Source: Halorutilales archaeon Cl-col2-1 (lineage in GTDB: Archaea > Halobacteriota > Halobacteria > Halobacteriales > Afararchaeaceae). Taken from it: 64,000 bases of DNA. This document shows positions 40,963-51,724 of this stretch, piece after piece. The notes under the pieces were generated by a model, which worked only from the letters and a program-made list of their open reading frames with translations, was not told where the DNA came from and did not search any database. The translations under genes and the position numbers were made by a program. Position 1 is the stretch's first letter. Each line of letters opens with the position of its first letter. The stretch covers positions 1,871,031 through 1,935,030 of the forward strand of contig CP169074.1 of assembly GCA_041891055.1 (NCBI GenBank), written 5' to 3'.

Positions 40963-41979
40963 TCAGAGTTCGCGTTCGACTTCTTTTGCGGTCTCGACGA
41001 AGGCACGTACGTTCTCGACGGGTGTGTCTCTGTTGACCCCGTGACCCAGGTTGAGTATATGTCCCGTGTCGCCCGCCTTCTCGATAACGTCACGCGTCTT
41101 CCGTCTCACGAACTCCTCGTCACCGAAGAGGTATGATGGGTCGAGGTTGCCCTGTACGGGAGTCTCGCCTAACTCCTCGCGCGCCTCTCCGATATCGACA
41201 GTCCAGTCGAGGCTCACGACGTCCGCGCCGCTCTCCTTCAGTAGGTCGAGACGTCCTGCCGAGTTGCGCACGAAGACAACAGTCGGAACGTCTGCGGCGT
41301 CGATCGCCTTCCTCTGGTAGGGGAGCACGAACTCCTCGTAGTCGTCGGGCGACATTATTCCAGCCCACGTGTCGAATACCTGGACTACGTCGGCGCCGTT
41401 CTCAACCTGGAACTCCAGGTAATCGGCGACGACCTCGGCGAAGCCATCGAGTAATGTCTTGAGGGCGTCGGGATGGTTCGCACGGAACTTACGCAGATCC
41501 ATGAAGCTCTTCGACTTCTCTGAGGAGCCGACGACGTATGACGCGAGTGTGAAAGGCGCGCCCGAGAATCCTATTATGCTCGTCTCGTCGCCGACGCTTC
41601 GGTTGAGACGTCTCAGAAGCTTACCGACGTAATCTATCTCTTTTTCGACGTCTCCTACCTCTCTCTCAGCGTCGTCGGGCGACTCGACGGGGTTGTCGAC
41701 GACAGGTCCCACGCCGCTCTTTATCTCGTACTCGAAGCCGAGGGGTTCCAAGACGGTCAGAATGTCGGAGAACATCACGAGACCGTCGGGCTCGAAGAGA
41801 TTCCAGGGAAGGAGCGTAATCCTCTCGGCGACCTCGGGGTCTTTTATAGCCTCCTTGAAGCTGTACTCCTGCCTTATCTCCCTGTATTCGGGTATGTAAC
41901 GTCCCGCCTGTCTCATCAGCCAGACCGGTGGACGTTCGGTTCTCTCCCCCTTCGCCGCGCGGACAAGTAGATCGCTCAT
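40963..41979 (-). CDS. hemE: uroporphyrinogen decarboxylase
   Basis: PVWLMRQAGRY, FSDIL, GAPFTLASY, QVFDTW, QGNLDP, NLGHG. Confidence 0.95.
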   Translation of the reverse strand: MSDLLVRAAKGERTERPPVWLMRQAGRYIPEYREIRQEYSFKEAIKDPEVAERITLLPWNLFEPDGLVMFSDILTVLEPLGFEYEIKSGVGPVVDNPVESPDDAEREVGDVEKEIDYVGKLLRRLNRSVGDETSIIGFSGAPFTLASYVVGSSEKSKSFMDLRKFRANHPDALKTLLDGFAEVVADYLEFQVENGADVVQVFDTWAGIMSPDDYEEFVLPYQRKAIDAADVPTVVFVRNSAGRLDLLKESGADVVSLDWTVDIGEAREELGETPVQGNLDPSYLFGDEEFVRRKTRDVIEKAGDTGHILNLGHGVNRDTPVENVRAFVETAKEVEREL

Positions 41980-42003
41980 TGTTCTGTCTCGGGCTCCGAG
42001 TCC

Positions 42004-43059
42004 CTAAGTCTTTTCCGGTGGAGATGGGGACAGAGATGAAGATGTGGATGACACTACGACGCGGTCTCCGTCGTCTTCGATGTCTATCCCTGCGTCGGTA
42101 ATCTGTTCACAGACCCACGCGTTCGTCATGAGATGTGACGTCTTCTCGGGAGCCGTGTATCTACCGCCTCCGAGGGCGAGATACGGAATCATCTGGTCGC
42201 CCGAGTAGATGTCGACCGCGGCGTCCGAGTTCGCCGACCTGAGTAAGTCTTCCGCCGCTTCCTCGCCGACTTCCTCGGCGGGCTTACCTATCTCTCCGAG
42301 TGCGCTACCTCCTATTACGGTCTCGTCGAACTCAGCCCAGACTGTAATTCCGGTACCCGTTGAGACCGAATCGTAGCTACGTGTCTCTGTATCTACCTCG
42401 ATGTCCCCGAGTTCTTCCCGTAGTCTCCTCTCGGCGGCTTTCGCCTGTCTCTCGGCAATCTCGTCGTCGAGGTTCGAGACGTGGGAGACAGCCTTGACAC
42501 GTCTCAGACTTCCTTTCTCAACAATCCTGACCCCGTCCGGACTTGACGGTCTCAGTCGGAGAGTTACCTCACCGCCGCCCTCGGGGTAGTACCCCCTCCT
42601 TCCGAGACGGATCTCGGCGTCTATCCCGGTTCTTCGGAGGAGAGGCAGACTGACGTTTTCGAGGTAGTCGTAGGTCGGACTCCATCTGACGTCAGTACCT
42701 CCCCTTACGCTCAGACGTATCTCGGACCCGGCTCTCACCGCGAGGGGTAGAACTGCTTGGATCACGAGGCTTACGCTCCCCGCAGTCCCGACGTCGACCT
42801 CGTACCTCCCGCCCTGAATCCCGTTGGGATCGAAGACGAGTCTCTCCGACCCCTCGGAGACGCCCTCGACTGACGCGTCGGATATCTCAGCGACTGCCTT
42901 GACTGCAGCGATATGCTGGTTACTGAGACCCGAAGGATCACGTCCTCTCCGCATATTCCTTAGCTCTATCTCAGTTCCTGTGACAGCCGCGAGAGCCACA
43001 GCCGTCCTTATTATCTGCCCGCCTCCCTCTCCGTGGGACGCGTCTATGACCTTTCTCAT
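42004..43059 (-). CDS. rtcA: RNA 3'-terminal phosphate cyclase
   Basis: GEGGGQIIRTA, GTAGS, GGTDV, RRGYYPEGGG, DQ, TSHLMTN. Confidence 0.93.
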   Translation of the reverse strand: MRKVIDASHGEGGGQIIRTAVALAAVTGTEIELRNMRRGRDPSGLSNQHIAAVKAVAEISDASVEGVSEGSERLVFDPNGIQGGRYEVDVGTAGSVSLVIQAVLPLAVRAGSEIRLSVRGGTDVRWSPTYDYLENVSLPLLRRTGIDAEIRLGRRGYYPEGGGEVTLRLRPSSPDGVRIVEKGSLRRVKAVSHVSNLDDEIAERQAKAAERRLREELGDIEVDTETRSYDSVSTGTGITVWAEFDETVIGGSALGEIGKPAEEVGEEAAEDLLRSANSDAAVDIYSGDQMIPYLALGGGRYTAPEKTSHLMTNAWVCEQITDAGIDIEDDGDRVVVSSTSSSLSPSPPEKT

Positions 43060-43100
43060 CAGTCTTACTTACCGCAATCATGGACTTAAATCCGGTAGTC

Positions 43101-43109
43101 TTTTTAAAT
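43101..43109 (+). promoter_or_regulatory. TATA box of tRNA-Arg
   Basis: TTTTTAAAT about 25 nt upstream of the tRNA. Confidence 0.55.
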
Positions 43110-43130
43110 GCGGACACAAAGTTGGAATGA

Positions 43131-43203
43131 GTTCCGATAGGGTAGTGGACTATCCTCCGGGCTTGCGGAGCCCGGGACCGGGGTTCAAATCCCCGTCGGG
43201 ACG
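43131..43203 (+). tRNA. tRNA-Arg(GCG)
   Basis: Acceptor GTTCCGA/TCGGGAC, anticodon arm CGGGC-TT GCG GA-GCCCG, T arm CGGGG-TTCAAAT-CCCCG. Confidence 0.93.
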
Positions 43204-43302
43204 TGTATTTCCCACTCTTTATTTTTGTCCAGAGGGATTTGAACAGGGAAGCCACTGACCGAGTTCAAATCCCCGTCGGGACGTGTATTTCCCACTCTTT
43301 AT
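43183..43302 (+). repeat. 40-bp direct repeat of the tRNA-Arg 3' end with an intervening inverted T-arm copy
   Basis: 43183-43222 = 43263-43302; GGGATTTGAAC at 43234-43244. Confidence 0.9.
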
Positions 43303-43361
43303 CCTTATCACGAGAAGCACACGACTTATACGAGTTCAACCGAAAACGACTGTGTAACTCT

Positions 43362-44516
43362 ATGTCGAGAATACAGGCTCCGGTACGTGGTGTCTTCTTA
43401 GTCGCCATCGGAGCCCTTCTACTTCTATCCGGATCTGTCGTAGGTGATGCTGCCGCACAGACCACACAGCCGGATACAGATAACACTGTCACACGTCTCG
43501 ATGTACGAGAGGACGGATCGGCGCGGTGGACTGTTCAGATACGGACACGTCTCGACACCGAGGAGACTTCAGACGAGTACAGAGCCTTCAAGTCGAGATT
43601 CCGTAACGACACGTCTCTCTACCTCGGTACCTTCCGGAGTAGGATGACACGAGTCGTCTCCGACGCGTCGAACACTACCCGCAGGGAGATGCGGGCTACC
43701 AACTTCACCGCTTCAGCGACTGTACAGGAGGTTCCCCGACGCTGGGGAGTAGTCACCTACCGTTTCACGTGGGGTAACTTCGCGTCCACCGAGAACGACC
43801 CCGTCGTAGTCGGAGACGTCTTCGAGGGCGGCTTCTTCCTCGCACAGAACGACAGCCTCCAGATGGAGCCACCCGAAGGATACGAAGCAGTGACTGTCGA
43901 GCCAGAACCCGACAGCCGTGACGGTGACAGACTCGTGTGGAGAGGAAGACACGACTTCTCCGACGGGCGTCCACGCGTCGTCTTCAGGCCCGTTCAGGAA
44001 GAGGATTCGGCTACGGATAACCAAACTTCGACGTCGACCGGCGGTGATGGTGACACGACACAAACGGGGGAAGATACTTCGGACGGTTCGAATCGGGGTC
44101 TTCTATTCGTGGGGGTCGCTCTCGTCCTGATCGTGGCGGGTGCAGCCATCTACTACTACCGGAGAGAACAGGACAGCTCCTCGGAGGACAACGAGTCTGA
44201 CACCAAAATCCAAGCCGACACTGAGACCCAGACCCAGACCTCGACGGCGGCGGAGACGGGATCGGGGACAGTCATGACAGACGAGGAACGCGTAGAGGCA
44301 GTCCTCGAAGCTAACGGCGGACGTATGCGTCAGGCGGAGATAGCCGACGAGTTCGACTGGTCTGCCTCGAAGACGTCACGTGTCATAGGAAAGATGGTAG
44401 AAGACGACTCGGTGGAGAAGCTACGTCTCGGACGTGAGAATCTCATCGATCTTTCGGGTTTCGACACCGATGTCGATGAATCTGACTCAGACTCCGAACT
44501 AGGCTCCGAAGAGTAG
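43362..44516 (+). CDS. membrane-anchored protein with extracellular domain and C-terminal winged HTH (haloarchaeal transmembrane regulator type)
   Basis: Signal peptide, VREDGSARW, single TM, TDEERVEAVLEANGGRMRQAEIA...WSASKTSR...GRENLI. Confidence 0.8.
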   Translation: MSRIQAPVRGVFLVAIGALLLLSGSVVGDAAAQTTQPDTDNTVTRLDVREDGSARWTVQIRTRLDTEETSDEYRAFKSRFRNDTSLYLGTFRSRMTRVVSDASNTTRREMRATNFTASATVQEVPRRWGVVTYRFTWGNFASTENDPVVVGDVFEGGFFLAQNDSLQMEPPEGYEAVTVEPEPDSRDGDRLVWRGRHDFSDGRPRVVFRPVQEEDSATDNQTSTSTGGDGDTTQTGEDTSDGSNRGLLFVGVALVLIVAGAAIYYYRREQDSSSEDNESDTKIQADTETQTQTSTAAETGSGTVMTDEERVEAVLEANGGRMRQAEIADEFDWSASKTSRVIGKMVEDDSVEKLRLGRENLIDLSGFDTDVDESDSDSELGSEE

Positions 44517-44523
44517 TTTTCCT

Positions 44524-44964
44524 TCATGTCTCAAGTATCTCAACAAGATTGTCCTCGGGATCGCGGACGAAGAGTATACGTGTGCCGCTCTCTGTCGTCT
44601 GAGGCTCGCTGAGGGTCTCGACGTCGTCGGGTAGCCCCTTGTAGAAGGCGTCGATGTCGTCGACTTCGAGTCCGAGGTGTTTCGCGCCGCGTCTGTTGAT
44701 ACTCTCTGACCCTCCCTCCTCTATCTCTATCGGGTCGTACTCGACGAGTTCGATCCGTGCGTTCCCTGCGTCGAGATGGGCGAACCTCCCCGTCGCGTTG
44801 TCGACGTCGACGCCCTCGGAGAACTCCTTTCCCGAGACCGTGAACCGTGCGACGACATCGAGACCCAGTACGTCTTCGTAGAACTCGACCGCGCGTTCGA
44901 GGTTCTCGACAGTCACGCCGAAGTGGTGGGCTGTCAGATCGGGCTTCGACTCGGATTCGGTCAT
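44524..44964 (-). CDS. VOC/glyoxalase family protein
   Basis: HHFGVTV, RIELVEY, HLGLEVDD, RDPEDNLVE. Confidence 0.88.
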   Translation of the reverse strand: MTESESKPDLTAHHFGVTVENLERAVEFYEDVLGLDVVARFTVSGKEFSEGVDVDNATGRFAHLDAGNARIELVEYDPIEIEEGGSESINRRGAKHLGLEVDDIDAFYKGLPDDVETLSEPQTTESGTRILFVRDPEDNLVEILET

Positions 44965-45052
44965 GTCTACGGGTTCGGCACGAACCCGCTTCGTTCTTGC
45001 GGATCAGAAGACAAGAGATAAAAGACACAACTCCGAATTTGAGACTGCGAGA

Positions 45053-45137
45053 GCGTGGGTAGCCAAGCTAGGCCAACGGCGCAGCGCTTAGGACGCTGTC
45101 CCGTAGGGGTCCGCCGGTTCGAATCCGGTCCCACGCA
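45053..45137 (+). tRNA. tRNA-Leu(TAG)
   Basis: Acceptor GCGTGGG/CCCACGC, anticodon arm CAGCG-CT TAG GA-CGCTG, long variable arm, TTCGAAT T-loop. Confidence 0.94.
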
Positions 45138-45306
45138 GTTTTTCTGAGTGAAACGAAGAAAAACGAGTAGGAGCGGTATTCGAACTAAAGAACAAGCGAC
45201 AGCGAAGTGACTGAGGTTCGAATCCGGTCCCACGCATTCGAACGAAGTGAGGATCGTGGGACAGGGAACATGAGTGACCGTGTCCCGCGCATACGAACGA
45301 AGTGAA
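45116..45306 (+). repeat. tRNA-Leu 3'-end duplication with inverted copy and a second degenerate unit
   Basis: GGTTCGAATCCGGTCCCACGCA at 45116 and 45215; inverted copy about 45165-45185; CGAACGAAGTGA at 45239 and 45295. Confidence 0.85.
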
Positions 45307-45311
45307 GGTTG

Positions 45312-45899
45312 TCACGCTTCCCGAACGTCGACTGTGAGTTCCCAGTCAAAGAGTTTCTCAGAGCCTCGGAATCCGTGGTGGTTCTCGAAGGTGTACTCTC
45401 GCGTAGGTATACATCCCTCGTTGCCGTAATGCCCCCATACACCGTACTCCTCCCGTATAGACTCGCCCGGCTCGATCGTCTCGTACTTGGCTACGGTAGG
45501 GCTTTCGGTAGGTCTTTCGGGTTCGGGAGGCTTCCAGCAGTCGTCCGAGATCTTGGTTTTGTCGGCGTCGACGCGAACCAGTAACAAGCCGGGATGTGTC
45601 TGTGTGCTAACAGTAGTGAATACTCTTCCTGACGACGTGTTGATCTCCATCTCGGAGTCTCTCTGGTTCGTCAGGCTGATCCGCAGTCGAGCCGTCTGGT
45701 CGGTGTCGATCCTCGACCGTAGGACTTCAGTCTCTACCGAGACCCCGAACTCCGATGACGACACGGTCTTTCCATCGGTCACTGATACCTCAAGCGGATA
45801 CTCCGTATCCCTGCTGTCACCTTCTTGGCTACTCCTATTCGCCGTACATCCCGCGAGTAGAACACTGCCGTACAACGAGAGGAAGTTTCTACGGTTCAT
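45312..45899 (-). CDS. Tat-exported lipoprotein
   Basis: MNRRNFL...LAGC. Confidence 0.75.
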   Translation of the reverse strand: MNRRNFLSLYGSVLLAGCTANRSSQEGDSRDTEYPLEVSVTDGKTVSSSEFGVSVETEVLRSRIDTDQTARLRISLTNQRDSEMEINTSSGRVFTTVSTQTHPGLLLVRVDADKTKISDDCWKPPEPERPTESPTVAKYETIEPGESIREEYGVWGHYGNEGCIPTREYTFENHHGFRGSEKLFDWELTVDVREA

Positions 45900-45947
45900 A
45901 CTTCGTCAAAAATCTCTGCGACTAAGAGAGTTTCCCCGGATATTAAC

Positions 45948-47398
<1,451 letters not shown>

Positions 47399-47445
47399 TA
47401 TCTTGGCTTAGCCACGGTTTTTAGGCGTGAGAACCTTCTGAGTCT

Positions 47446-48402
47446 ATGATCCGTCTCCCCGAAGAGACAGTCTCCGAGAGGTTCATGCCCACCGCCCGCG
47501 CCATGATCGCGCGTGACCTCGACGACAGAGGCATGACCCAGGACGAAATAGCCCGCGAACTCGGAGTGAGTCAGGCTGCGGTAAGCAAGTACGTGAGTCG
47601 CGACGCAGAGCTCGATCCCCTCTTCAGCAGTAACCGGCGTATGGTCGAGACCGTCGAGGAGATAGGCGAGGGTCTTTACCACGACGAGATCGACGGCTAC
47701 GACGCAGTTTCACGTCTCCTGAGGCTTGTGCGCGAGTTCGAGAACAGGGGTCCGATCTGTGAGGCACACGAGGACGAGATGCCGTCTCTCAGAGGGAGGG
47801 GCTGTGACCTGTGTGTCTCCGAGCGTAACCCCGGCGAGAGACAGGCTGTCTCGAAGGTCAAAGCAGGCGTACGCGTACTCTCCGAGACTGACGGAGTCGC
47901 CGACTACATACCCAACGTCGGGACTAACGTCGTGACCGCAGTCCCGGGTGCCGACTCTGTCGACGAAGTCGTCGGAGTCCCCGGACGTGTCTACGAGGTC
48001 AGAGGAAACGTCAAGATACCTGCGAAGCCCGAACTCGGCGCGTCTGAGAACGTCTCCGAGGTCGTCCTTGCCGCTCATCAATCTTTGATTGATGTGCCTG
48101 TTAATCAAAGATTAACAGACGCCAACTCGGTCGAGCCGTCGGTACGCGGCGGACTCAACTTAGCGACGAGCGACGACTTCCTCGGTGCCGCTGAGAACCG
48201 AGGAATCGAGACGGTCGAGTTCGACCCAGCGTACGAAAACAGGAAAGACCGTCTCACACGGGTCTTCGAGGACTCGGGAGTTCCCGAGGTAGTCTACCAT
48301 ACCGGCGGGTTCGGAATAGAGCCCATAACCTACGTACTCGGAGAGACAGCCGTCGAGGCGGCGGAGCTCGCCTCGGAGATAATAAGCAGTACCGAGGATT
48401 AG
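47446..48402 (+). CDS. thiR: ThiR-type regulator: N-terminal HTH + ThiN (thiamine-phosphate synthase-like) domain, with a 16-aa in-frame insertion
   Basis: GMTQDEIARELGVSQAAVSKY, IPNVGTN, PGR, YHTGGFGIEPITY; divergent from thiC. Confidence 0.82.
   Translation: MIRLPEETVSERFMPTARAMIARDLDDRGMTQDEIARELGVSQAAVSKYVSRDAELDPLFSSNRRMVETVEEIGEGLYHDEIDGYDAVSRLLRLVREFENRGPICEAHEDEMPSLRGRGCDLCVSERNPGERQAVSKVKAGVRVLSETDGVADYIPNVGTNVVTAVPGADSVDEVVGVPGRVYEVRGNVKIPAKPELGASENVSEVVLAAHQSLIDVPVNQRLTDANSVEPSVRGGLNLATSDDFLGAAENRGIETVEFDPAYENRKDRLTRVFEDSGVPEVVYHTGGFGIEPITYVLGETAVEAAELASEIISSTED
48072..48122 (-). mobile_element. 48-nt double-hairpin mini-element (copy E2) inserted in frame in thiR
   Basis: CATCAATC-TTT-GATTGATG (48076-48094) and CTGTTAATC-AAA-GATTAACAG (48098-48118); CGC duplicated at 48072 and 48120; AT-rich patch inside a GC-rich gene. 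Confidence 0.78.
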
Positions 48403-48408
48403 GGGTGC

Positions 48409-49161
48409 TCAGTCGGAGAACGAGCCGCGTATACGTCTCTCGGCGTCTTCGAGTGCCTCGTCCTTGTCAAACCCCTCGACTATCCGTCGTAGCTCGTCGT
48501 CGTCGGCGTCCCGAAGTTCGTCGGCTATCTCGACCATCTTGGGGAACGCCCTTATCACGTTGTCTATGATCGGAATATGGGACATCTGTGGCGACCTCGA
48601 AAGCGGATTGAGGTCGACGACTATCTCTGTCTTCCCCATCTCGACGAGAGCCTCACATCTGTCGCCGTCCTCAAGAGGTATCAGGACGACGTCAGCCTCG
48701 TATATACCGTCGGAGTCGACCTTCGATCTCTCGCTCGATAAACCAGGTACTCTAGCGTCGGCTTTCAGACCTTTGACCTCGTCGGCACCGTGGTCTCTGA
48801 GATGTTCGGCTATCGCCTCTATCCTCTCTTCCGTCCTGTTGAAGAGGTTGACCTCAATCTCCGCACCGACGGCTCCTGCGAGTTCGACCGTCTCGTCGGG
48901 GCAGAGAGCCGCGAGGTTGCCGTTCACGGAGATAACGGGCTTTTCGGCGAGTAACATCTCGGCTACCGCCGCCCTCTCGGCTTCGCGTGCGGTGGGTGTC
49001 GTCTCCTCGCCGAGGAGGTAGTCGAAAGCCTCGCCTCGTCCCTCGGCTATCAGACCCTGTCTGCTGGTTATTCCCTTCTCGACACCCTCCTCGATCGTGT
49101 GGCGTGTCTCCAGCGACTCGCTCCGGGGATGGTCGTCGGGTATCGTGTCTGTTTCCACCAT
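48409..49161 (-). CDS. pps: 4-phosphopantoate--beta-alanine ligase (archaeal phosphopantothenate synthetase)
   Basis: IPDDHPRSESL, GRGEAFDYLLGE, VISVNGN, EVNLFNRTEER, PLEDGDR, DLNPLSRS. Confidence 0.93.
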   Translation of the reverse strand: MVETDTIPDDHPRSESLETRHTIEEGVEKGITSRQGLIAEGRGEAFDYLLGEETTPTAREAERAAVAEMLLAEKPVISVNGNLAALCPDETVELAGAVGAEIEVNLFNRTEERIEAIAEHLRDHGADEVKGLKADARVPGLSSERSKVDSDGIYEADVVLIPLEDGDRCEALVEMGKTEIVVDLNPLSRSPQMSHIPIIDNVIRAFPKMVEIADELRDADDDELRRIVEGFDKDEALEDAERRIRGSFSD

Positions 49162-49163
49162 TA

Positions 49164-49397
49164 TTACGGGTTAGATACCCTCCACGTCGTCGACGTAGAG
49201 TAGCCCCATTTCTCTATCTCCAGGTCGTCTATCTCGTCCTTGAGATTGCTGAGATGGACGCCGACCTGTTTAGACGACAGACCCGTGGCGTCGGCTATCT
49301 TCTTGCTCTTGAAGAAGCTCTTTCCGCGCTCGACTCGGGTACGTAGATGCTGAAGAATACGCTCCTGGTCGTCGTTGTACTTCTCGTCAGACGGCAT
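49164..49397 (-). CDS. small winged-helix protein (conserved haloarchaeal family)
   Basis: FFKSKKIADATGLSSKQVG...IEKWGYSTSTTWRV; start at ATG 49397. Confidence 0.8.
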   Translation of the reverse strand: MPSDEKYNDDQERILQHLRTRVERGKSFFKSKKIADATGLSSKQVGVHLSNLKDEIDDLEIEKWGYSTSTTWRVSNP

Positions 49398-49450
49398 CAC
49401 TTCCCAATAGACTGTCGTTAATAATGAACTTACCGCTACCTCTCCTAATC

Positions 49451-50437
49451 TCAGTCGGAGACGAGTCCGAACTCCGTGCCTATCCCCGCCTCGTCGGCGT
49501 TCTCGTAGACGACCCTTGAAGTCGCGACGTCCTGTATCGCAAGACCCGTCGAGTCGAAGACGGTTACCTCGTCGCCGCTCCTTCCGTCGGTGTCTCCCGC
49601 AACTATACTCCCGAGGTCGGCGTAGATATCGTCTCTGTCTATCAGGCCCTCCGAGTACGGCACGTTTATCTCGCCGCTGTGTGAGCACTGTTCCCAGTCG
49701 TCTATGACGACTTTCGTGTCCGGATCAGTGAGTATCTCTGGGTCAAGCTCCTGTTTTCCCTCGGCGTCGGCTCCCATCGCGTTTATGTGTGTCCCCTCTG
49801 AGACCCAGTTGCTCTGTATCACGGGCTCTCTCGAAGGCGTAGTCGTTGAGACTATGTCACAGCCTGCGGCTTCCTCAGCCGATCCGACTCTCGCCTCGAT
49901 ACTCTCGTATTCATCTCTGACCTCTTCGACGAAATCTCTCGCCGCGTCTTCGTCTATGTCGGAGACTATGACTTCCTCTATGCCGAAGACAGACGAGACA
50001 GCACTTAGCTGTGTGTGTGCCTGTGCCCCCGCACCTACGAGACCCAGTGAGTCGGAGTCGGATTGAGCGAGGTACTTCGAGGCGACGCCCGCTGCGGCAC
50101 CAGTCCTGTACTTCGTGAGTGTCGTCCCGTCTATGACTGCGAGGGGATAAGCAGTCTCGGGGTCGCTGTAGATCATGACACCCATCACGGTCGGAAGACC
50201 GTGTTTCTCGGGGTTGTCGGGATGCGAGTTGACCCATTTCACGCCCGCGGAGTCGTCGACGAAGGCAGGCATAGCTCTGAAGTCTCCGTTGTACTGGGGC
50301 AGGTCGATGTAGGTCTTCGCGGGCATCTCGTCCTCGCCCTTTCCATGGGCTTCGAACGCCGACTCGACAGCGTCTATTGCGTCCTCTATATCTATGCTTT
50401 CAGTCACATCGTCGGAACCCAGGAGAAGCGTCTTCAT
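49451..50437 (-). CDS. ala: alanine dehydrogenase / ornithine cyclodeaminase (mu-crystallin family)
   Basis: GDFRAMPA, KWVNSHPDN, RTGAAAG, GAGAQA, HINAMGAD, FDSTGLAIQD; start at ATG 50437. Confidence 0.88.
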   Translation of the reverse strand: MKTLLLGSDDVTESIDIEDAIDAVESAFEAHGKGEDEMPAKTYIDLPQYNGDFRAMPAFVDDSAGVKWVNSHPDNPEKHGLPTVMGVMIYSDPETAYPLAVIDGTTLTKYRTGAAAGVASKYLAQSDSDSLGLVGAGAQAHTQLSAVSSVFGIEEVIVSDIDEDAARDFVEEVRDEYESIEARVGSAEEAAGCDIVSTTTPSREPVIQSNWVSEGTHINAMGADAEGKQELDPEILTDPDTKVVIDDWEQCSHSGEINVPYSEGLIDRDDIYADLGSIVAGDTDGRSGDEVTVFDSTGLAIQDVATSRVVYENADEAGIGTEFGLVSD

Positions 50438-50514
50438 CCGTCTTAACTGTGTCCTCACTCTTCTTAACTCGTACGGTGCGGTAGATTCAAGTCTCATCCC
50501 GAGTAAGACACCGT

Positions 50515-51189
50515 ATGCGCCGACTTGTCCTCGGATTTCTTCTCGTCGTCGTCACGGCGGGCTGTCTCTCATTCTCCCCCGCCTCCGACACACGAGCCAA
50601 CACGGACATCAGATCGACTCCTGACGCTGACACACTAATCGAGTCGTCGATTCAGAATCTCGAATCCGCGGACTCGTACGGTCTCAGGCACAGTACACGT
50701 CTCTCGACCCCCAGCCGTATGACTACAAGAACCGTCACGGGCGAGGTCGACTTCTCGGAACAGACTGCGAGCCTCGTAGCCGAGACCTCTACCGGTGGCA
50801 GAGACGTCGAGACACGTATCAATGTCTCAGACTCGACGGTCTACTCCGACGGTGATCCCGTTGAGAACATCACGAGTCTGAGGCAGTACCTCGCCGACAC
50901 CGAGGGTCTCAGGGTGGACTACTACCCCCTCGACAGTCTCGAAGCTGTAGCCGACTCGTCGAATATCTCTATGACATCTACGACCTATGAGGGCGACGAA
51001 GCCTACCGTGTCTCTGCTTCGGATGTCTCGTCGGGAGGACGTCTCAACTCCGAAGACACTGACGCAGAGATCATAGCTGTCATAGACGCCGAGACACGTC
51101 TGCCGTCCGAGATCAGGTACGAAGCCTCCGACGACGCCTCCGAAGTCACCGAGACGTTACGTCTGAGGTACGGAGACGGCGGAGACTGA
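50515..51189 (+). CDS. lipoprotein of unknown function
   Basis: MRRLVLGFLLVVVTAGC lipobox. Confidence 0.7.
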   Translation: MRRLVLGFLLVVVTAGCLSFSPASDTRANTDIRSTPDADTLIESSIQNLESADSYGLRHSTRLSTPSRMTTRTVTGEVDFSEQTASLVAETSTGGRDVETRINVSDSTVYSDGDPVENITSLRQYLADTEGLRVDYYPLDSLEAVADSSNISMTSTTYEGDEAYRVSASDVSSGGRLNSEDTDAEIIAVIDAETRLPSEIRYEASDDASEVTETLRLRYGDGGD

Positions 51190-51234
51190 GAAAGAAAAGC
51201 ATATTACGGAAGCGTGGATAGGTTTAGATGTAGT

Positions 51235-51307
51235 AGTCCCGTAGTGTAGCGGTCAATCACGGGGGGTTCTGGTCCCCCTAACCCAAGTTCGAATCTTGGC
51301 GGGACTA
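51235..51307 (+). tRNA. tRNA-Gln(CTG)
   Basis: Acceptor AGTCCCG/CGGGACT, anticodon arm GGGGG-TT CTG GT-CCCCC, T arm CCAAG-TTCGAAT-CTTGG. Confidence 0.93.
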
Positions 51308-51434
51308 TCAGACAGATCTCTTGTGATCGAGACAAGAACCATAAAGATTCGAAGTAATGAAGTCGCACGCCCGTGAGCGACTACACGGGAGCGAACCGGA
51401 ACGTCTGACTGTAGTTCGAATCTTGGCGGGACTA
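51286..51434 (+). repeat. tRNA-Gln 3'-end duplication with inverted T-arm copy
   Basis: AGTTCGAATCTTGGCGGGACTA at 51286 and 51413; AAGATTCGAA at 51344-51353. Confidence 0.85.
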
Positions 51435-51724
51435 CTCCCTTTTATATCTGCGATTAGATATACCGTGATTAATCTAGCAGTCATTTCATATCTATCTGAA
51501 AAAATGAAGTATATCTGAGGAGCGACGAACCTTTCGTGGGTGGGATGGATGTCATGGGACGGAGACATTGACGCAGGACGCTACTCCTGCACTTCCCACC
51601 AGCCCCGGCTCCCCTACTGGAAGTTTTCAGTAAGTTAGCTTAAGTTCTGGGCTCCAGTTATCAGTTCTGAATACTGCGACATAACCACCGTCAGATACGT
51701 AACGTCTCAGTCTGAAAGAACTAC

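Noticed and set aside
40963-41979. hemE in an archaeon as a novelty
   Set aside because: Bacterial-type heme pathway genes are already known in several haloarchaea.
43263-43283. Downstream tRNA 3'-end copies as split-tRNA halves or extra tRNA genes
   Set aside because: They start at the T-loop, lack anticodon arms and leader complementarity, and the upstream tRNAs are complete.
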